A stretch of DNA of 63,691 nt, counting the filler, from an uncultured bacterium (lineage in GTDB: Bacteria > CAYJRR01): assembly GCA_964372275.1 (NCBI GenBank). It is 3 parts of 3 records of this genome, joined end to end, with 100 filler letters (N's around TTAATTAATTAA, not from the genome) between each part and the next. Parts side by side here need not be neighbours in the genome. Positions count along the whole stretch, not along the records: positions 1 to 22,522 come from CAYJRR010000077.1; positions 22,623 to 44,410 come from CAYJRR010000078.1; 1 more part is not named here. One strand, written 5' to 3'. Of this stretch, positions 19,101 to 31,747 are shown piece by piece. Both the position numbers and the translations under genes were made by a program. The stretch's first letter is position 1; each line of letters begins with the position of its first letter. The notes beneath the pieces are model-generated. The model did no database searches, was not told the DNA's origin, and worked only from the letters and a program-made list of their open reading frames with translations.

Positions 19101-22100
19101 TGGACCGAGGTGGTCTTTCGCGGCGTCGCCGCCGCTGCCTCGCCCGCCTTCGGCCGGCGGATGGAGAAAGAGGCCATCGACTGCAGGTCCCCCTTGTCGC
19201 GCGCAATCACGGTGATCCGGTTCTGCCCGTCCTTGAGCGGAAGGTCGGCGGCGAACGGCACCGGCTCGCGGACCGGCAGATTGCCGGGGAAGGTACGGTA
19301 GTAGACCTTCTTGTCGTTCACCATGACCCACAGGTCCTTGATCCCGTGGTCGTCGGTGGCCGTCCCTTGCAGCGTCGTCCGTTCGTCGGTCGCCACGAGC
19401 TGATCGCTTCGCGGGGCGACCGCGATCCTCGGCGGCGCCATGCGGACCACCTCGACACCCGCGGCCGAGGCGGCACGGCCCGTCGGCGTGGCGAACGAGG
19501 CCGGAATCCAGCCGGCGCGGCCGTCGGGAAGCTGGACCTGGATCCATTCCACCCCCAACTTGGCCTTCGCCGAGAGCGTGCTCCCGGCCCCCGCCCGGGC
19601 GAGTACCACCGACTTTTCCGACGCGCCGGCGTGGATCGGAGTGCCCGCTTGGGAAACCTGCACGCGCCCACCGGCGGATGCGAGCGAGCCTCCGCGCGGA
19701 CCGCTGGGAAGCTCGAGCTTCTCGGTCACGTACTCCCCGAGGACCGAATCGGCAACCGTCAGCCGCAGTTCGAACCGGTCCTTCGAGAACCCTTCGCGAA
19801 CCTGGAAACGGAATCGTCCGTCCGCGGACTTCCCCGGCGCGAGCCGATCGAACTTGATGCGCCCGCGATCGATGAAGATCCCCTCCCCCTCGAGGTTCTT
19901 CAGCATCGCCACCGGCTCGGGCGATTCGCCCGGTCCCTGGTTCACGACCGTGACCGCGACCTCGACCGTCTCCCCGGTCTGCGCGATCCCGTCGCCGTTG
20001 CCGACGACCGCCTCCTCCGCCGCCCCTTTCAGCCCTTTGGGGAGTGGCGCGGCCGCGCCGCCGTCGAGGACCTGCCAGCTGTAGGCGAAGGACGGACGCG
20101 GGAGGGGCTTCACCGTCAGCCGCCCCGGGACCTTCTGGATCGGCGCGTCGTCCCCCCGCTGGAGGGCGATCGTCGTCTCCACCACGCTGGCCGGCCACGA
20201 CTTCGGGAGCTTCATCGGGACCGACCAGGAGCGCGTCTGTCCAGGTTTCAGGCGCCCGAACGCCAGCTCGATGTCGTCGAAGAGCGGCTCGTCGCTCTCG
20301 GAAATCCCGCGCAGCCGCGAGACTTCGCCGGTGCCCACGTTGGTGACGTGGACCGTGAGCTTGACCTCGTCCCCCGCGGCGACTCCATCCGCGGGCGCTC
20401 CGAAGTCGATCACCGCCGAGAGCTTCGGCGTCCCGGCATCCCGGCCCGACGACCAGTCGATCCCCAGCTTGCGGAACTCCTCGGCGATCTTCTGGTCCTG
20501 GTCCGACGCGGCCTTGGCGATCACCGCATTCGCGCCCCCGAGCATCTTCCGGCGCGAGTAGTGGCCGGCCTGCTTGAGCAGGGAGACCGCCAGCTGCACC
20601 TCGAAGTCCTTGGCGAGATCGGCGGTCTTGCGGTACTCCGGATCGAGCTCCTCCTCCTCCTCCGGTTCGCCGCCCGGAGTGCCGGAGGCCCCGTCCTCCT
20701 TCTTCTTCTCGCGGCCCTCGTCCTTCGGCAGCATCGGCGCGAAGCGGCTGACCGGACCCTTGGAGGACCCGTCGAGGAACCGAAGCGCCAGGACCGGCTT
20801 CTCGCGCCGCCCCGCCCCTTCGCCGTCAAAATGGCGATCGAGGTCCGACTCACGGAACTTCCGGCTCTCGCCGGTGAGGTCGATCTGCTCGGTCGAGATC
20901 TTGACCGGCACCGTCTCGATGTCCGGCGTCACCCCCACCGACTGGATCGAGACGTCGCCGGGGGTGAGGTACTTCGCGATCGTCAGCTTGAGCGCGCTCC
21001 CATCGCGGAGGTCGAACAGGTTCTGCACCGATCCCTTTCCGAACGTCTGCTCGCCGAGCACGAGCGCGCGATCGCGGTTCTTGAGCGCCCCCGCGACGAT
21101 CTCCGAGGCCGAGGCCGAGCCGCCGTTGGTCAGGACGATGACCGGCGTCTCCTTGTCGGTGTCCGGCCACTTCGCGTTCTTCTCCTCGCGGAGGCGGCTG
21201 CCGGGGGCGCCGACCGTCGTCACGATCGGACCGGTCTCGAGGAACAGGTCGGTCAGCTTGATCGCCTCGTCGAGCAACCCCCCGGGGTTGTTGCGCAGAT
21301 CGAGCACCACCCCCTTGAGCGTCCCGCCCGGCGCCTGGGCCCGCATCCGATCGATCTGGGCCTTCACGTCGTGCCCGGTCTCCTCCTGGAACCCCTTCAC
21401 CCGGACGTACCCGACGTTCTCGGAGAGGAGCTGCCCCTCGACGTTGACGATCCGGATGGTGTCGCGGATCAGTGTGTACTCCCGCGGCTCCGGCATCCCG
21501 CGACGCTGCACGCCGATCGTGACCGCCGTCCCCTTGGGTCCGCGCAGCTTCTTCACCGCTTCGTCGAGGGCCATGTTGACCGTCGACTCCTCGCCGATCT
21601 TGGTGATCCGATCCCCGGCCTTGATCCCGGCGCGGGAGGCGGGCGTGTCGTCCAGCGGGCTGATGACCGTGAGCTGGCTGTCGCGGATCGCAATCACGAT
21701 CCCCAAGCCGCCGAACTCGCCGGTCGTCGACAGCTTCATCTCGTCGTAGACCTCGGGCGGGAGAAGGACCGAGTGCGGATCGAGGGTGGAGAGCATCCCC
21801 CCGATCGCCGCGTACTCGAGCTGCTCCGGGTTGCTCTGGGGCGGAAGCTCCTTGCGGAGAAACGAGAAGACCTCCTTCAGACGGACGACCATCTCGTCGA
21901 GGTCCCGGACCTTTCCGTTGAAGGTGCGCTCGGCCGAGCCGACATGGACGCGCATCAACGCGCCTCCGTCGAGCGACGCCTTTCCGCCGTCGCTGTCGGT
22001 GTACTCGACCTGGATCTCGGCCACCTCGCGCTGGAGCGTGTCCATCGCCGCCTGCAGCATCTTCGTCGGATCGACGCGCGCCTGGTCGACGTAGTCCTCG

Positions 22101-22330
22101 CCGATGTAGTACGAGACCTTGCTCAGGATCTTGAGCTGGAACGGATCGGTCGCTTCGGATCTCCCGCCGACGTCGAACGGATGCATCGGGCCCGCGGCGA
22201 CTTCGATCGGGCCTTCGGCGGCGGTGACGTAGGCAGGCTTGGCGGCCGAGGTGAAACCGGCGAGACGGGGAGCGACCGACGCGGCCGCGCCGATCAGGGC
22301 GGCGGCCCCGAGGATCTTCAAGATCCGCAT
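19097..22330 (-). CDS. Long S41 carboxy-terminal protease (Prc/CtpA, MXAN_5808-like)
   Basis: LDPHS, PDZ GGLGIVI, DLRNNPGGLL, SASASEIVAGAL, TFGKGSVQ; long C-terminal beta-sandwich/SH3-like extension. Confidence 0.93.
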   Translation of the reverse strand: MRILKILGAAALIGAAASVAPRLAGFTSAAKPAYVTAAEGPIEVAAGPMHPFDVGGRSEATDPFQLKILSKVSYYIGEDYVDQARVDPTKMLQAAMDTLQREVAEIQVEYTDSDGGKASLDGGALMRVHVGSAERTFNGKVRDLDEMVVRLKEVFSFLRKELPPQSNPEQLEYAAIGGMLSTLDPHSVLLPPEVYDEMKLSTTGEFGGLGIVIAIRDSQLTVISPLDDTPASRAGIKAGDRITKIGEESTVNMALDEAVKKLRGPKGTAVTIGVQRRGMPEPREYTLIRDTIRIVNVEGQLLSENVGYVRVKGFQEETGHDVKAQIDRMRAQAPGGTLKGVVLDLRNNPGGLLDEAIKLTDLFLETGPIVTTVGAPGSRLREEKNAKWPDTDKETPVIVLTNGGSASASEIVAGALKNRDRALVLGEQTFGKGSVQNLFDLRDGSALKLTIAKYLTPGDVSIQSVGVTPDIETVPVKISTEQIDLTGESRKFRESDLDRHFDGEGAGRREKPVLALRFLDGSSKGPVSRFAPMLPKDEGREKKKEDGASGTPGGEPEEEEELDPEYRKTADLAKDFEVQLAVSLLKQAGHYSRRKMLGGANAVIAKAASDQDQKIAEEFRKLGIDWSSGRDAGTPKLSAVIDFGAPADGVAAGDEVKLTVHVTNVGTGEVSRLRGISESDEPLFDDIELAFGRLKPGQTRSWSVPMKLPKSWPASVVETTIALQRGDDAPIQKVPGRLTVKPLPRPSFAYSWQVLDGGAAAPLPKGLKGAAEEAVVGNGDGIAQTGETVEVAVTVVNQGPGESPEPVAMLKNLEGEGIFIDRGRIKFDRLAPGKSADGRFRFQVREGFSKDRFELRLTVADSVLGEYVTEKLELPSGPRGGSLASAGGRVQVSQAGTPIHAGASEKSVVLARAGAGSTLSAKAKLGVEWIQVQLPDGRAGWIPASFATPTGRAASAAGVEVVRMAPPRIAVAPRSDQLVATDERTTLQGTATDDHGIKDLWVMVNDKKVYYRTFPGNLPVREPVPFAADLPLKDGQNRITVIARDKGDLQSMASFSIRRPKAGEAAAATPRKTTSVQ

Positions 22331-22522
22331 CGTCCGCTGATCTTATCGTCCGGTCCGGGGGGAGGCAATCGAGCTCGAAGGCCGGCACGGATCGGTCGGC
22401 CATCGAAAAAGGGTCGTTTCGGCGGTAGGATGCGGCTGACGTGACCGCGACCGGACGAGGTCCGAATCGTTTGCGTGCGCGTGCGCTCCGAGCGGCGATG
22501 GCGATCGCCGCCCTCCTGCCGC

Positions 22523-22622
22523 NNNNNNNNNNNNNNNNNNNNNNNNNNNNNNNNNNNNNNNNNNNNTTAATTAATTAANNNNNNNNNNNNNNNNNNNNNN
22601 NNNNNNNNNNNNNNNNNNNNNN
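22523..22622. other. Artificial contig spacer
   Basis: 44 N + TTAATTAATTAA (stops in all six frames) + 44 N. Confidence 0.97.
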
Positions 22623-22874
22623 ACGTCGGTCGAGGACCCGGAGATCGTCGAGGCGATGGGGCAGCTCGCGCGGATCGAGGGGATCTGGAGCGGACCGACC
22701 GGGGCGGTGACGATCGCCGCCGCCGAGAAGCTCGCCCGCGAGAAGCGGCTCGACCCGGACGCCAAGGTCGTCTGCGTCGTCAGCGAGACGGGACTGAAAG
22801 GGGACTTTCCGCCGTTCCCGGCGGACGCGATCGCCCTGGATCCGGAGCGGATCGAGCGGATCCTGTCCGGATGA
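22623..22874 (+). CDS. Threonine synthase-like PLP enzyme, C-terminal fragment
   Basis: VEDPEIVEAMGQLARIEGIW...AVTIAAAEKL...VVCVVSETGLK; 5' truncated at contig edge. Confidence 0.75.
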   Translation, partial: TSVEDPEIVEAMGQLARIEGIWSGPTGAVTIAAAEKLAREKRLDPDAKVVCVVSETGLKGDFPPFPADAIALDPERIERILSG

Positions 22875-22909
22875 CTTGGGCGGACCCTTGTGCTAACACC
22901 TCGTCCGTC

Positions 22910-23386
22910 ATGACCGAGCTGTCCGAACGGGCGGTGAAGGAGCTCGCCGCCAACCGCGCCTTCTCGATGCTCACCGAATCGCAGATCCGCGAGATCGCCG
23001 CCGCCTGCGAGCGGACGGAGGTGGCGTCGCTCACCAACGGCGGGCGGTGGCTCGTACCGTCGCTGCGCAAGGAGCTGATCCGCCTCCTGCGGCCGGAGCT
23101 CGCCACCTCGATCTCCGAGACCGACGCGTGGATGGTCGCGCGCCGCTACCGGGACCTGAAGCGCTACTACCTCGACCAGGAAGCCAAGGCCGAGCAGGCG
23201 CGCAAGGAGGAGGAGGCGAAGGCCAAGGCGGCCGCGGAGAAGGCGGCCAAAGCGGCGGCCGCCAAGGCGGCCAAAGCCGCCGCCGACGCCTCCGCCGGCA
23301 AGGAGGCCGCCGGCGCCTCCGCTTCCGGAGGCGAGACGGCCGGCGGGACCCAGTCGCCGCCACCGGCCGCGGTCGCCAAGAGCTGA
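22910..23386 (+). CDS. Hypothetical protein with Ala/Lys-rich tail
   Basis: Coding-like codon use; EAKAKAAAEKAAKAAAAKAAK. Confidence 0.7.
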   Translation: MTELSERAVKELAANRAFSMLTESQIREIAAACERTEVASLTNGGRWLVPSLRKELIRLLRPELATSISETDAWMVARRYRDLKRYYLDQEAKAEQARKEEEAKAKAAAEKAAKAAAAKAAKAAADASAGKEAAGASASGGETAGGTQSPPPAAVAKS

Positions 23387-23391
23387 CGCGC

Positions 23392-24471
23392 GTGGACCGG
23401 ACCGGTCTCGTCGAGGTCGATCGACCCGAACAGGGCGGTGCCGGCGCGTCCGTGCGCCTGCCTCGCGGGTGGCGGTTCGCCGGGCTCGTGGGAGTCCTCG
23501 CCGGATCCGCCGCCGGCCTCTCGGAGCCTGCGGCCGATCCCCGGACGGCGGTGCCGGCTCCGGCGCCGCTGTTCGAAGTCGCCGTCGGCGCTGCGGCCCC
23601 GATCGGCGGTGCCGAGCAGAACCGGGCGTTGCTTCCGTGCGGCGGCGGGCCGCCCTCGCTGCAGGTCGCGGCGGACGGAACGTGGTGGATTCTCGACGCG
23701 ATCGGCTCGAAGCTGGTCGGCCTGTCGCGTGAGGGGGCGGTGCTTCGCACGCTCGACCTCCCGTCCGATCCGACCGGCCCGGCCGGGGTTCCGCCGTACC
23801 GGAGCGATTTCGTGCTGGACGGCGAGGGGGGTGTGTTCGTGCTCAACGCCACCGCCCGGCGTGTCGAGCACTACGCGCTCGACGGCAGTCGATCGCGCTC
23901 GTTCGGCAACGAGCGGATCTCGGCCGGTCGGGCGCGGCTGGAACTCCCGGAGCGGATCGGCTTTGCCGCGGGGGACGTCTTCGTCGCCGACGGGGGCTCG
24001 GAGCTGCTGCTGCGCTTCTCCCCGATCGGCGAGTTCCGGGGAAGCGCCCGGGCGGCCGCCGCCGAGCCGGCGGTCGACGGTGGAACGATCGGCATTTCGG
24101 GGGACGATCCGACCGACACCTGGATCGAGTCGGCGCCGCCGGGCGGACACCCGCGCCCGGTCGCGCGCGTCAAGGCGGCGGTGGGCCGGGTCCTCCACGA
24201 CGTCGTCCGGATCGGGGGACTCGCCGGCGGCGAGTCGGTGCTGGCCCTCCATGAAGGGGACGGCGAGGCGGTCGAGCGGGTGCACCTCGTTCGGCTCGAT
24301 CGGAACGGACGGACGATGGCGGAGGCGTTCATTCCTCCGCTCGACGACGGGGTGAAGCCGACGCGGCGGTTCCGGCTCGCTCCCGACGGGACGATCGCAT
24401 GGTTCCGGGTGGAGGACGGCCGGCTTCAGGCGTTTGAAACGGCCCTCGGCCCGCGGATCAAGCGACGGTAG
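23392..24471 (+). CDS. Exported beta-propeller (NHL-like) protein; start uncertain
   Basis: Repeats such as DGTWWILD, EGGVFVLN, PERIGFAAGDVFVAD; hydrophobic signal-like segment. Confidence 0.65.
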   Translation: MDRTGLVEVDRPEQGGAGASVRLPRGWRFAGLVGVLAGSAAGLSEPAADPRTAVPAPAPLFEVAVGAAAPIGGAEQNRALLPCGGGPPSLQVAADGTWWILDAIGSKLVGLSREGAVLRTLDLPSDPTGPAGVPPYRSDFVLDGEGGVFVLNATARRVEHYALDGSRSRSFGNERISAGRARLELPERIGFAAGDVFVADGGSELLLRFSPIGEFRGSARAAAAEPAVDGGTIGISGDDPTDTWIESAPPGGHPRPVARVKAAVGRVLHDVVRIGGLAGGESVLALHEGDGEAVERVHLVRLDRNGRTMAEAFIPPLDDGVKPTRRFRLAPDGTIAWFRVEDGRLQAFETALGPRIKRR

Positions 24472-24475
24472 CCGC

Positions 24476-26575
<2,100 letters not shown>

Positions 26576-26631
26576 CGGTCCCCCGCCGCCGCGACGACGA
26601 TGATACCACCCGGGGACGGGCCGACCCGTCG

Positions 26632-28083
26632 CTACTTCGGTACGAGGATCGCCGGCCCCATCGGCAGCGCCGCCGCCTCCGGCCACGCCGGGAGGAGCGC
26701 CAGGAGCCGGTGGCGCTCCGCCTCGAACGCCGCGCGTTCCCCCTTGGGGACGGGGTCGGCGGCGGGGAATCGCTTGCTCAGCGGATCGACGTAGCGGCCA
26801 CGTTCGTAGAACGCGAAGTGGAGGTGCGGACCGGACGAGAGCCCCGTCGAGCCGACGTAGCCGATCACCTGGCCCTGCCGCACCCGCCGCCCGCGCCGGA
26901 TCCCGGGGCCGTACCCCTGGAGGTGCGAATAGGAGGTCTCGTAGACGCCGCTGTGGCGGATCTTGACGAAGTTGCCGGAACCGCCGTTCCAGTTCGCGGC
27001 GGTGAGGACGCCGTCGCCGACCGCGCGCACCGGCGTTCCGCGGTCCGCAGCGTAGTCGACGCCATGGTGCGGGCGCCGCGTCTTGAGGACCGGATGGAAC
27101 CGGGAGCGCGTGAATCGCGACGAGATGCGTCGATACCGGAGCGGACTGCGCAGGAACATGCGCCGCAGCGAGTTTCCGTTGGCGGCGAAGTACTCGGCGT
27201 CCCCCGACGCGAGCCGGAAGAGGATGGCGGAGCGGCTCTCCCCGCGGTTGACGTATTCGGCGGCGAGGATCCTCCCGAAACCGGCGGGCCGGCCGTCGAG
27301 CGTCTTGCGCTCCACCACCAGGCGGAAACGATCCCCTCGGCGGACCTCGGTGTTGAAGTCGAGGTCGAAGGCGAAGATGTCGGCCAGGTCGGCGACGAGG
27401 TTCGGATCGATGCCGGCCTCGACCGCCGCCTCCCAGAGCGTGGTGTCGACCGATCCCTGGTAGCCGGCGATCGTCGTCTCGTAGGGGATCTCGCGGACCT
27501 CGACCTCGAACGACTCGCCGCGCGGCCGCGCGATCAGGGTGCGGTTCGGCGCGAGCGACATCTGGAACGACGCGAGTCGCGATCCCGCGCCGTCGGCGCG
27601 ACGCCAGACGGCGAAGGTGTTCCCGGGACGGACGCGGGCGAGGTTGGCGTGCGGGCGCGCCGCCGAGACGAGCGCGGTCGCCTGCACGGGCTCGAATCCC
27701 GCCGCCTCCATCGCTTCGGAGAAGGTCTGCCCGCGCTGGATCGTGGCGTGCTCCACTTCGATCGACGGGAGCGGCGCCTCGGGGACGACCTCGGTGTCGA
27801 CCCGCCCGATCGCGGCCGTGACCGCCGGATCCGGATCGGGGCGGAGCCAACCGGGCGGCGTCACGACGATCCGGACCGCGACGCCGCCGAGGAGGCCGCC
27901 GGCCAGAGCGGCGGCGGCAAGTCGGACGACCCGGCGCAGGTGGACACGGCGCCGGCCGCCGCCGGGATCGCCGTGCCGGCCGGAGGTCGCCCGGGGGCCT
28001 TTCCCCCGGCGAGGGCCGCCGCGGGGTGGAGGGGTACCCGACGGATAGAGTCGGGAACGCCGGTCGAAGTCGGAATCGCGCAA
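26632..28083 (-). CDS. M23 peptidoglycan DD-metalloendopeptidase (MepM-like); start uncertain
   Basis: RFHPVLK...HHGVDYAA, YSHL, GSTGLSSGPHLHF; TTG at 28083 with GGAG upstream. Confidence 0.9.
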   Translation of the reverse strand: MRDSDFDRRSRLYPSGTPPPRGGPRRGKGPRATSGRHGDPGGGRRRVHLRRVVRLAAAALAGGLLGGVAVRIVVTPPGWLRPDPDPAVTAAIGRVDTEVVPEAPLPSIEVEHATIQRGQTFSEAMEAAGFEPVQATALVSAARPHANLARVRPGNTFAVWRRADGAGSRLASFQMSLAPNRTLIARPRGESFEVEVREIPYETTIAGYQGSVDTTLWEAAVEAGIDPNLVADLADIFAFDLDFNTEVRRGDRFRLVVERKTLDGRPAGFGRILAAEYVNRGESRSAILFRLASGDAEYFAANGNSLRRMFLRSPLRYRRISSRFTRSRFHPVLKTRRPHHGVDYAADRGTPVRAVGDGVLTAANWNGGSGNFVKIRHSGVYETSYSHLQGYGPGIRRGRRVRQGQVIGYVGSTGLSSGPHLHFAFYERGRYVDPLSKRFPAADPVPKGERAAFEAERHRLLALLPAWPEAAALPMGPAILVPK

Positions 28084-28196
28084 GCTTGAGCTCCACCCTA
28101 TCGCAGCTTCCCGAGAGGCGTCAATCGCCCGGTCGGTGTCGATCGGCGCCTCGAAGGGGCCGCCGGCACGCGTCCGGCGTGATATGAACCCGCGAC

Positions 28197-29810
28197 GTGA
28201 GTCCGTCCATCCGGCTTCCGGCGACGCGCGTCGCCTCCGTCGATCGGCTGGTGCGCGAGGCCTGCGCACGGGGTGGGGACCGGCCGTTCCTCGTCTCGGC
28301 GGAGGAGGACCGGACGGTCTGGTCGTTCCGCGAGCTCGACGGGCGGATCTCGCGCGCGGCCAACGTCTACCGGACCTTGGCGATCGGGCGGGGCGACGGC
28401 GTCAGTCTCTTCTTGCGGAACTCCCCCGCCTTCTTCCCGGCGTGGCTGGGGGCGGTGCGCGCCGGCGGCGTCGTCAATCCGATCAACCTCGGCCTGGAGC
28501 GAAACGTCGACCGCGTCGTCTACATGTTGCGGAAGTCGCGCGCACGCCTGTTCGTCGTGGAGCGCGCCTTCGCCGGAACAGCGGAGGCGGTGTCGAAGGC
28601 GGCCCCCGAGATCCCGATCGTCTCGGTCGACGGTGGGATCGACGGGGTCCGGACGGCCGTCGAATGGGAGGGGGCGATGGCGGCGGCCGCCGCCGCGGCG
28701 CCGGAGGTGGAGGTGCGCCCGGCCGATCCGTTCCAGATGATCTTCACCAGCGGGACCACCGGGCTGCCGAAGGCGGTGGTGCAGCGCCACGAGATGGTGA
28801 TGGACGCCTTCAGCCTCGCCGAACACTTCCGGCTCGGCGGGGACGACGTCTGCGTCTGCGTGCTGCCGTTCTTCCACGTCAACGCGCAGTACACCTCCTT
28901 CTTCCCGATGCTCGAGCGGGGCGGGAGGCTCGTCCTGTTCGAGAAGTTTTCGGCCTCGCGCTTCTGGCCGGCGGTGGAGGCGAACGGCGCGACCTACGTC
29001 TCCGTCGTACCCAGCCTCCTGACTCGTCTTCTCGCGGCGGGACTCCCCGACCGCGGCGCGTGGCGCACGCTCCGGTACGTCGTCTGCGGCGCGGCGCCGC
29101 TTTCGGCGCAGCTCCACGCGGAGTTCATGGAGCGGACCGGGATCCCGGTCGCCAACGGGTGGGGGATGACCGAGACCGGCTGCTGGGGATGCCAGACGAC
29201 CCCCGACCACGTGACCCCGGGGGCGATGGGGTTCGCGCTGCCGATCAACGAGATGCGCGTCGCCGATCCCGCCGACGGCCGCGAGCGGCCGCGCGGCGAG
29301 ACGGGCAGCCTCCTGATCCGCGGCCCGAACGTTTTTGCCGAATACTTCGACCAGCCCGACGCCACGGCGAAGGCCTTCCGGTTCGGCGACGGATGGTTCG
29401 ACACCGGCGACGACGCGCGCCAGGACGAGACGGGACAGTACTGGTTCGTCGGGCGCGGGAGCGTCGACACCGGCAAGGTCGACGGCGAGTTCGTCAACTA
29501 CCTCACGATCGACGAGCGCCTCTGGAACCACCCGGCCGTGCGCGAAGTCTGCTGCGTCGGCGTTCCCGACCCGATCCGCGGAAACGTCGTGGCGGCGTGC
29601 GTGGTGAAGAACGATGGGCCGGCGGTGACCGAAGCGGAGATCGTTGCGCACGCGAAAGCGGCGGGGCTTGCGCCGTACGAGGTCCCGCGGCACGTGCTGT
29701 TCGTCGAGGAGATCCCGAAGGGGGACACCGGCAAGATCCAGCGGCGGGTGATGGCGGAGCGCGCGGCGGAGATGGTGGCGGGGAGGGTGGGGCCGACGCC
29801 GCCGGGGTGA
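28197..29810 (+). CDS. AMP-binding acyl-CoA synthetase (CaiC-like)
   Basis: FTSGTTGLPKAV, LPFFHVNA, WGMTET, WFDTGD, PKGDTGKIQR. Confidence 0.92.
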   Translation: MSPSIRLPATRVASVDRLVREACARGGDRPFLVSAEEDRTVWSFRELDGRISRAANVYRTLAIGRGDGVSLFLRNSPAFFPAWLGAVRAGGVVNPINLGLERNVDRVVYMLRKSRARLFVVERAFAGTAEAVSKAAPEIPIVSVDGGIDGVRTAVEWEGAMAAAAAAAPEVEVRPADPFQMIFTSGTTGLPKAVVQRHEMVMDAFSLAEHFRLGGDDVCVCVLPFFHVNAQYTSFFPMLERGGRLVLFEKFSASRFWPAVEANGATYVSVVPSLLTRLLAAGLPDRGAWRTLRYVVCGAAPLSAQLHAEFMERTGIPVANGWGMTETGCWGCQTTPDHVTPGAMGFALPINEMRVADPADGRERPRGETGSLLIRGPNVFAEYFDQPDATAKAFRFGDGWFDTGDDARQDETGQYWFVGRGSVDTGKVDGEFVNYLTIDERLWNHPAVREVCCVGVPDPIRGNVVAACVVKNDGPAVTEAEIVAHAKAAGLAPYEVPRHVLFVEEIPKGDTGKIQRRVMAERAAEMVAGRVGPTPPG

Positions 29811-30054
29811 CCGAGGCCGATGTCCGAGCGGGGACCGGAACGGCAACCGTATCCGCAGCGCACCCGCCACGACTGATCGGCCGACGCGACTCCGGCGAGT
29901 ATCCGCATCCACGTCCACTTCCCCGAATCGATGACCCCGATGTCATGGCGATGGGCGCGCGCGGTCCCAGGTGGGTTTGGCGTCCCCTGTGAGTTCTCGT
30001 GTAGCCGATTCGCGATTCCTTTTTCGTCGCCAGAAGTTGACGCGTAGCGGCAGG

Positions 30055-30070
30055 TGGCACATCGGCTGCA
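30055..30070 (+). promoter_or_regulatory. Sigma-54 (-24/-12) promoter
   Basis: TGGCAC-ATCGG-CTGCA (GG-N10-GC), 28 nt before an AGGAG-preceded ATG. Confidence 0.65.
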
Positions 30071-30098
30071 AATCGACCGTGGCGAGGAGAACCAAGCC

Positions 30099-30821
30099 AT
30101 GGGTCCAGGAAATCGAACCGTCGCGATCGCCACTCTCGTTTCGTTCCTCTGCGCGCCGACGCTCGCGCGCGCGGAGTTCTGTCCGGCCGGGCGCGTCGAG
30201 CGTTCGACGACGGTTCAAGCGTCGGGAGGAGCCGTCGACGTGCGTTGGTGCGTCGCGCTCGTGGGGTCGACCGAGGTGGTCGATGGTCCCTACGAATCTC
30301 GCCATGCGAATGGCGCACGTTTCGCCAAGGGATCGTTCTCCAATGGCGTGCCGACGGAGACATGGACCTTCCGTGAGGCCGATGGCAGAAACCGCGAGGG
30401 ATTCCTCGACGCCAAGGGGCGCATGACCGGCCAGTGGGTCACGACGGCGCCGGATGGAAGGGTGATCGACTTTGTCCAATACCTGACGATTCGAGATCGC
30501 ATCGGGGGAGCGTTCGTCGGCGGCATCGGCGTACTTGCCGGCGCCCTGGTGGGGAGCGTTGCCGTGATCGGTGGCGGCGGAGCGAGCATGACGACCGGCT
30601 TCGGACTTCTGACTGCCGCCCTTGCGACCGGCGGAGTTCTCGGTGCGCTCGTTGTCGTGGTGGGGAGCGCCAGCGTACTCTTCGTGGCGATCCGGGGTGT
30701 CTCCCGCGGCCCCTACGGATCCTGGCCCTCCATCGGATCCAACCTGTCGCGCCTCACCGACACCCGCGAGCTTCCGCACAATCCGGCGGCCAAAGGCGGT
30801 GGCGCGGGAACACGGCGATAG
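30099..30821 (+). CDS. Exported MORN-variant repeat protein with C-terminal TM hairpin
   Basis: Signal peptide; DGPYESRHANG...KGSFSNG...GQWVTTAPDG; Gly-rich TM segments. Confidence 0.7.
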   Translation: MGPGNRTVAIATLVSFLCAPTLARAEFCPAGRVERSTTVQASGGAVDVRWCVALVGSTEVVDGPYESRHANGARFAKGSFSNGVPTETWTFREADGRNREGFLDAKGRMTGQWVTTAPDGRVIDFVQYLTIRDRIGGAFVGGIGVLAGALVGSVAVIGGGGASMTTGFGLLTAALATGGVLGALVVVVGSASVLFVAIRGVSRGPYGSWPSIGSNLSRLTDTRELPHNPAAKGGGAGTRR

Positions 30822-31034
30822 CGCCGCTCCCCGCGGCACTCTCGCATCGCTCGAAACGGACGGAGGTCGGTTCGAGGAAGGTCACCGGACGCCTACGCGA
30901 GTGCTCGCTCGGGCGCGCGAACCTGCCCTCCGGCCACGATCTCGTTTCCGTCCTGCAAACGGGTCGATGTCGGCTGCAGCCTGCCTCCATAAAAAGGGGA
31001 CTGCCGAGCGAGGGAAAGCTATCGTTCCGAGCCG

Positions 31035-31640
31035 ATGGAGAATGGCCGGACGACGGTGCGAACGCGCGAGGAGGGCCTGCCTTTCCGCCAGGCGGTCGTC
31101 CGCTACGACCTCCTTCCGTGCGTCGGATGGATTCTCGGAGTCGGGTTCGCGGCGTCCGTGGCGATTCTCCTCCATGGCCCGTTCGATCGCGACGGCCTCG
31201 ACGGCACGCTGCCACCCCGGCTGGCGTTCGATGCCGAGACGGCGCGGGCGAAGGTGATGGCGCTCGAGCTCCGTTGGGTCGAGCCGCCGGACCTCGGCCC
31301 CGAGATGAAAATGGATCTGATTCGCCTCGGCGTTCCGGTTCGCGCCGCATCGATCGTCCATGGCAACGGCGGCGACGTCACCTTTCCGTTCGTCGCGCGA
31401 GTCGATCACGTCATCGCCGACGGGTCGTCCGACACCACCCTCGATCAGCAGCGCTGGATGATCGTGGTGATGGTCGGCCGACGGATCGCGTCGCAGAACC
31501 TGCACGTTTCGACCTTCCATCTCGCGAGTTGGCGCGGCGAATCGAAAGTCGCGGAGGTCGTCCTTTCGGAGGAGCTCGCGCGCCGGGCGGCCGTGGAAGG
31601 CGGGGGGGCGGAAGAGGTCACGGCGCTTTTTCATCGCTGA
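31035..31640 (+). CDS. Hypothetical single-TM protein
   Basis: 201-aa ORF with TM segment WILGVGFAASVAILL; start uncertain. Confidence 0.55.
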   Translation: MENGRTTVRTREEGLPFRQAVVRYDLLPCVGWILGVGFAASVAILLHGPFDRDGLDGTLPPRLAFDAETARAKVMALELRWVEPPDLGPEMKMDLIRLGVPVRAASIVHGNGGDVTFPFVARVDHVIADGSSDTTLDQQRWMIVVMVGRRIASQNLHVSTFHLASWRGESKVAEVVLSEELARRAAVEGGGAEEVTALFHR

Positions 31641-31747
31641 GACTTTCCGTCGAATCGGTGCAGTCGGCCTCCGACGCCGCCGTCTACGATCGACACGCCT
31701 GATTCAAGCGGTCTACCCGAACGGTCGAAGTTCCTCGACCGTCGCAG

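Noticed and set aside
17792-22444. Very long alternative ORFs (1550 aa here; also 9563-12361, 53721-56459, 56628-58997)
   Set aside because: Antisense or alternate-frame shadows of recognisable genes, expected at this GC content; Arg/Pro/Gly-rich with no motifs
22523-22622. Perfect TTAATTAATTAA palindrome flanked by Ns (again at 44411-44510)
   Set aside because: Identical 100-nt six-frame-stop spacer, so an assembly artefact; genes on either side are not known to be neighbours
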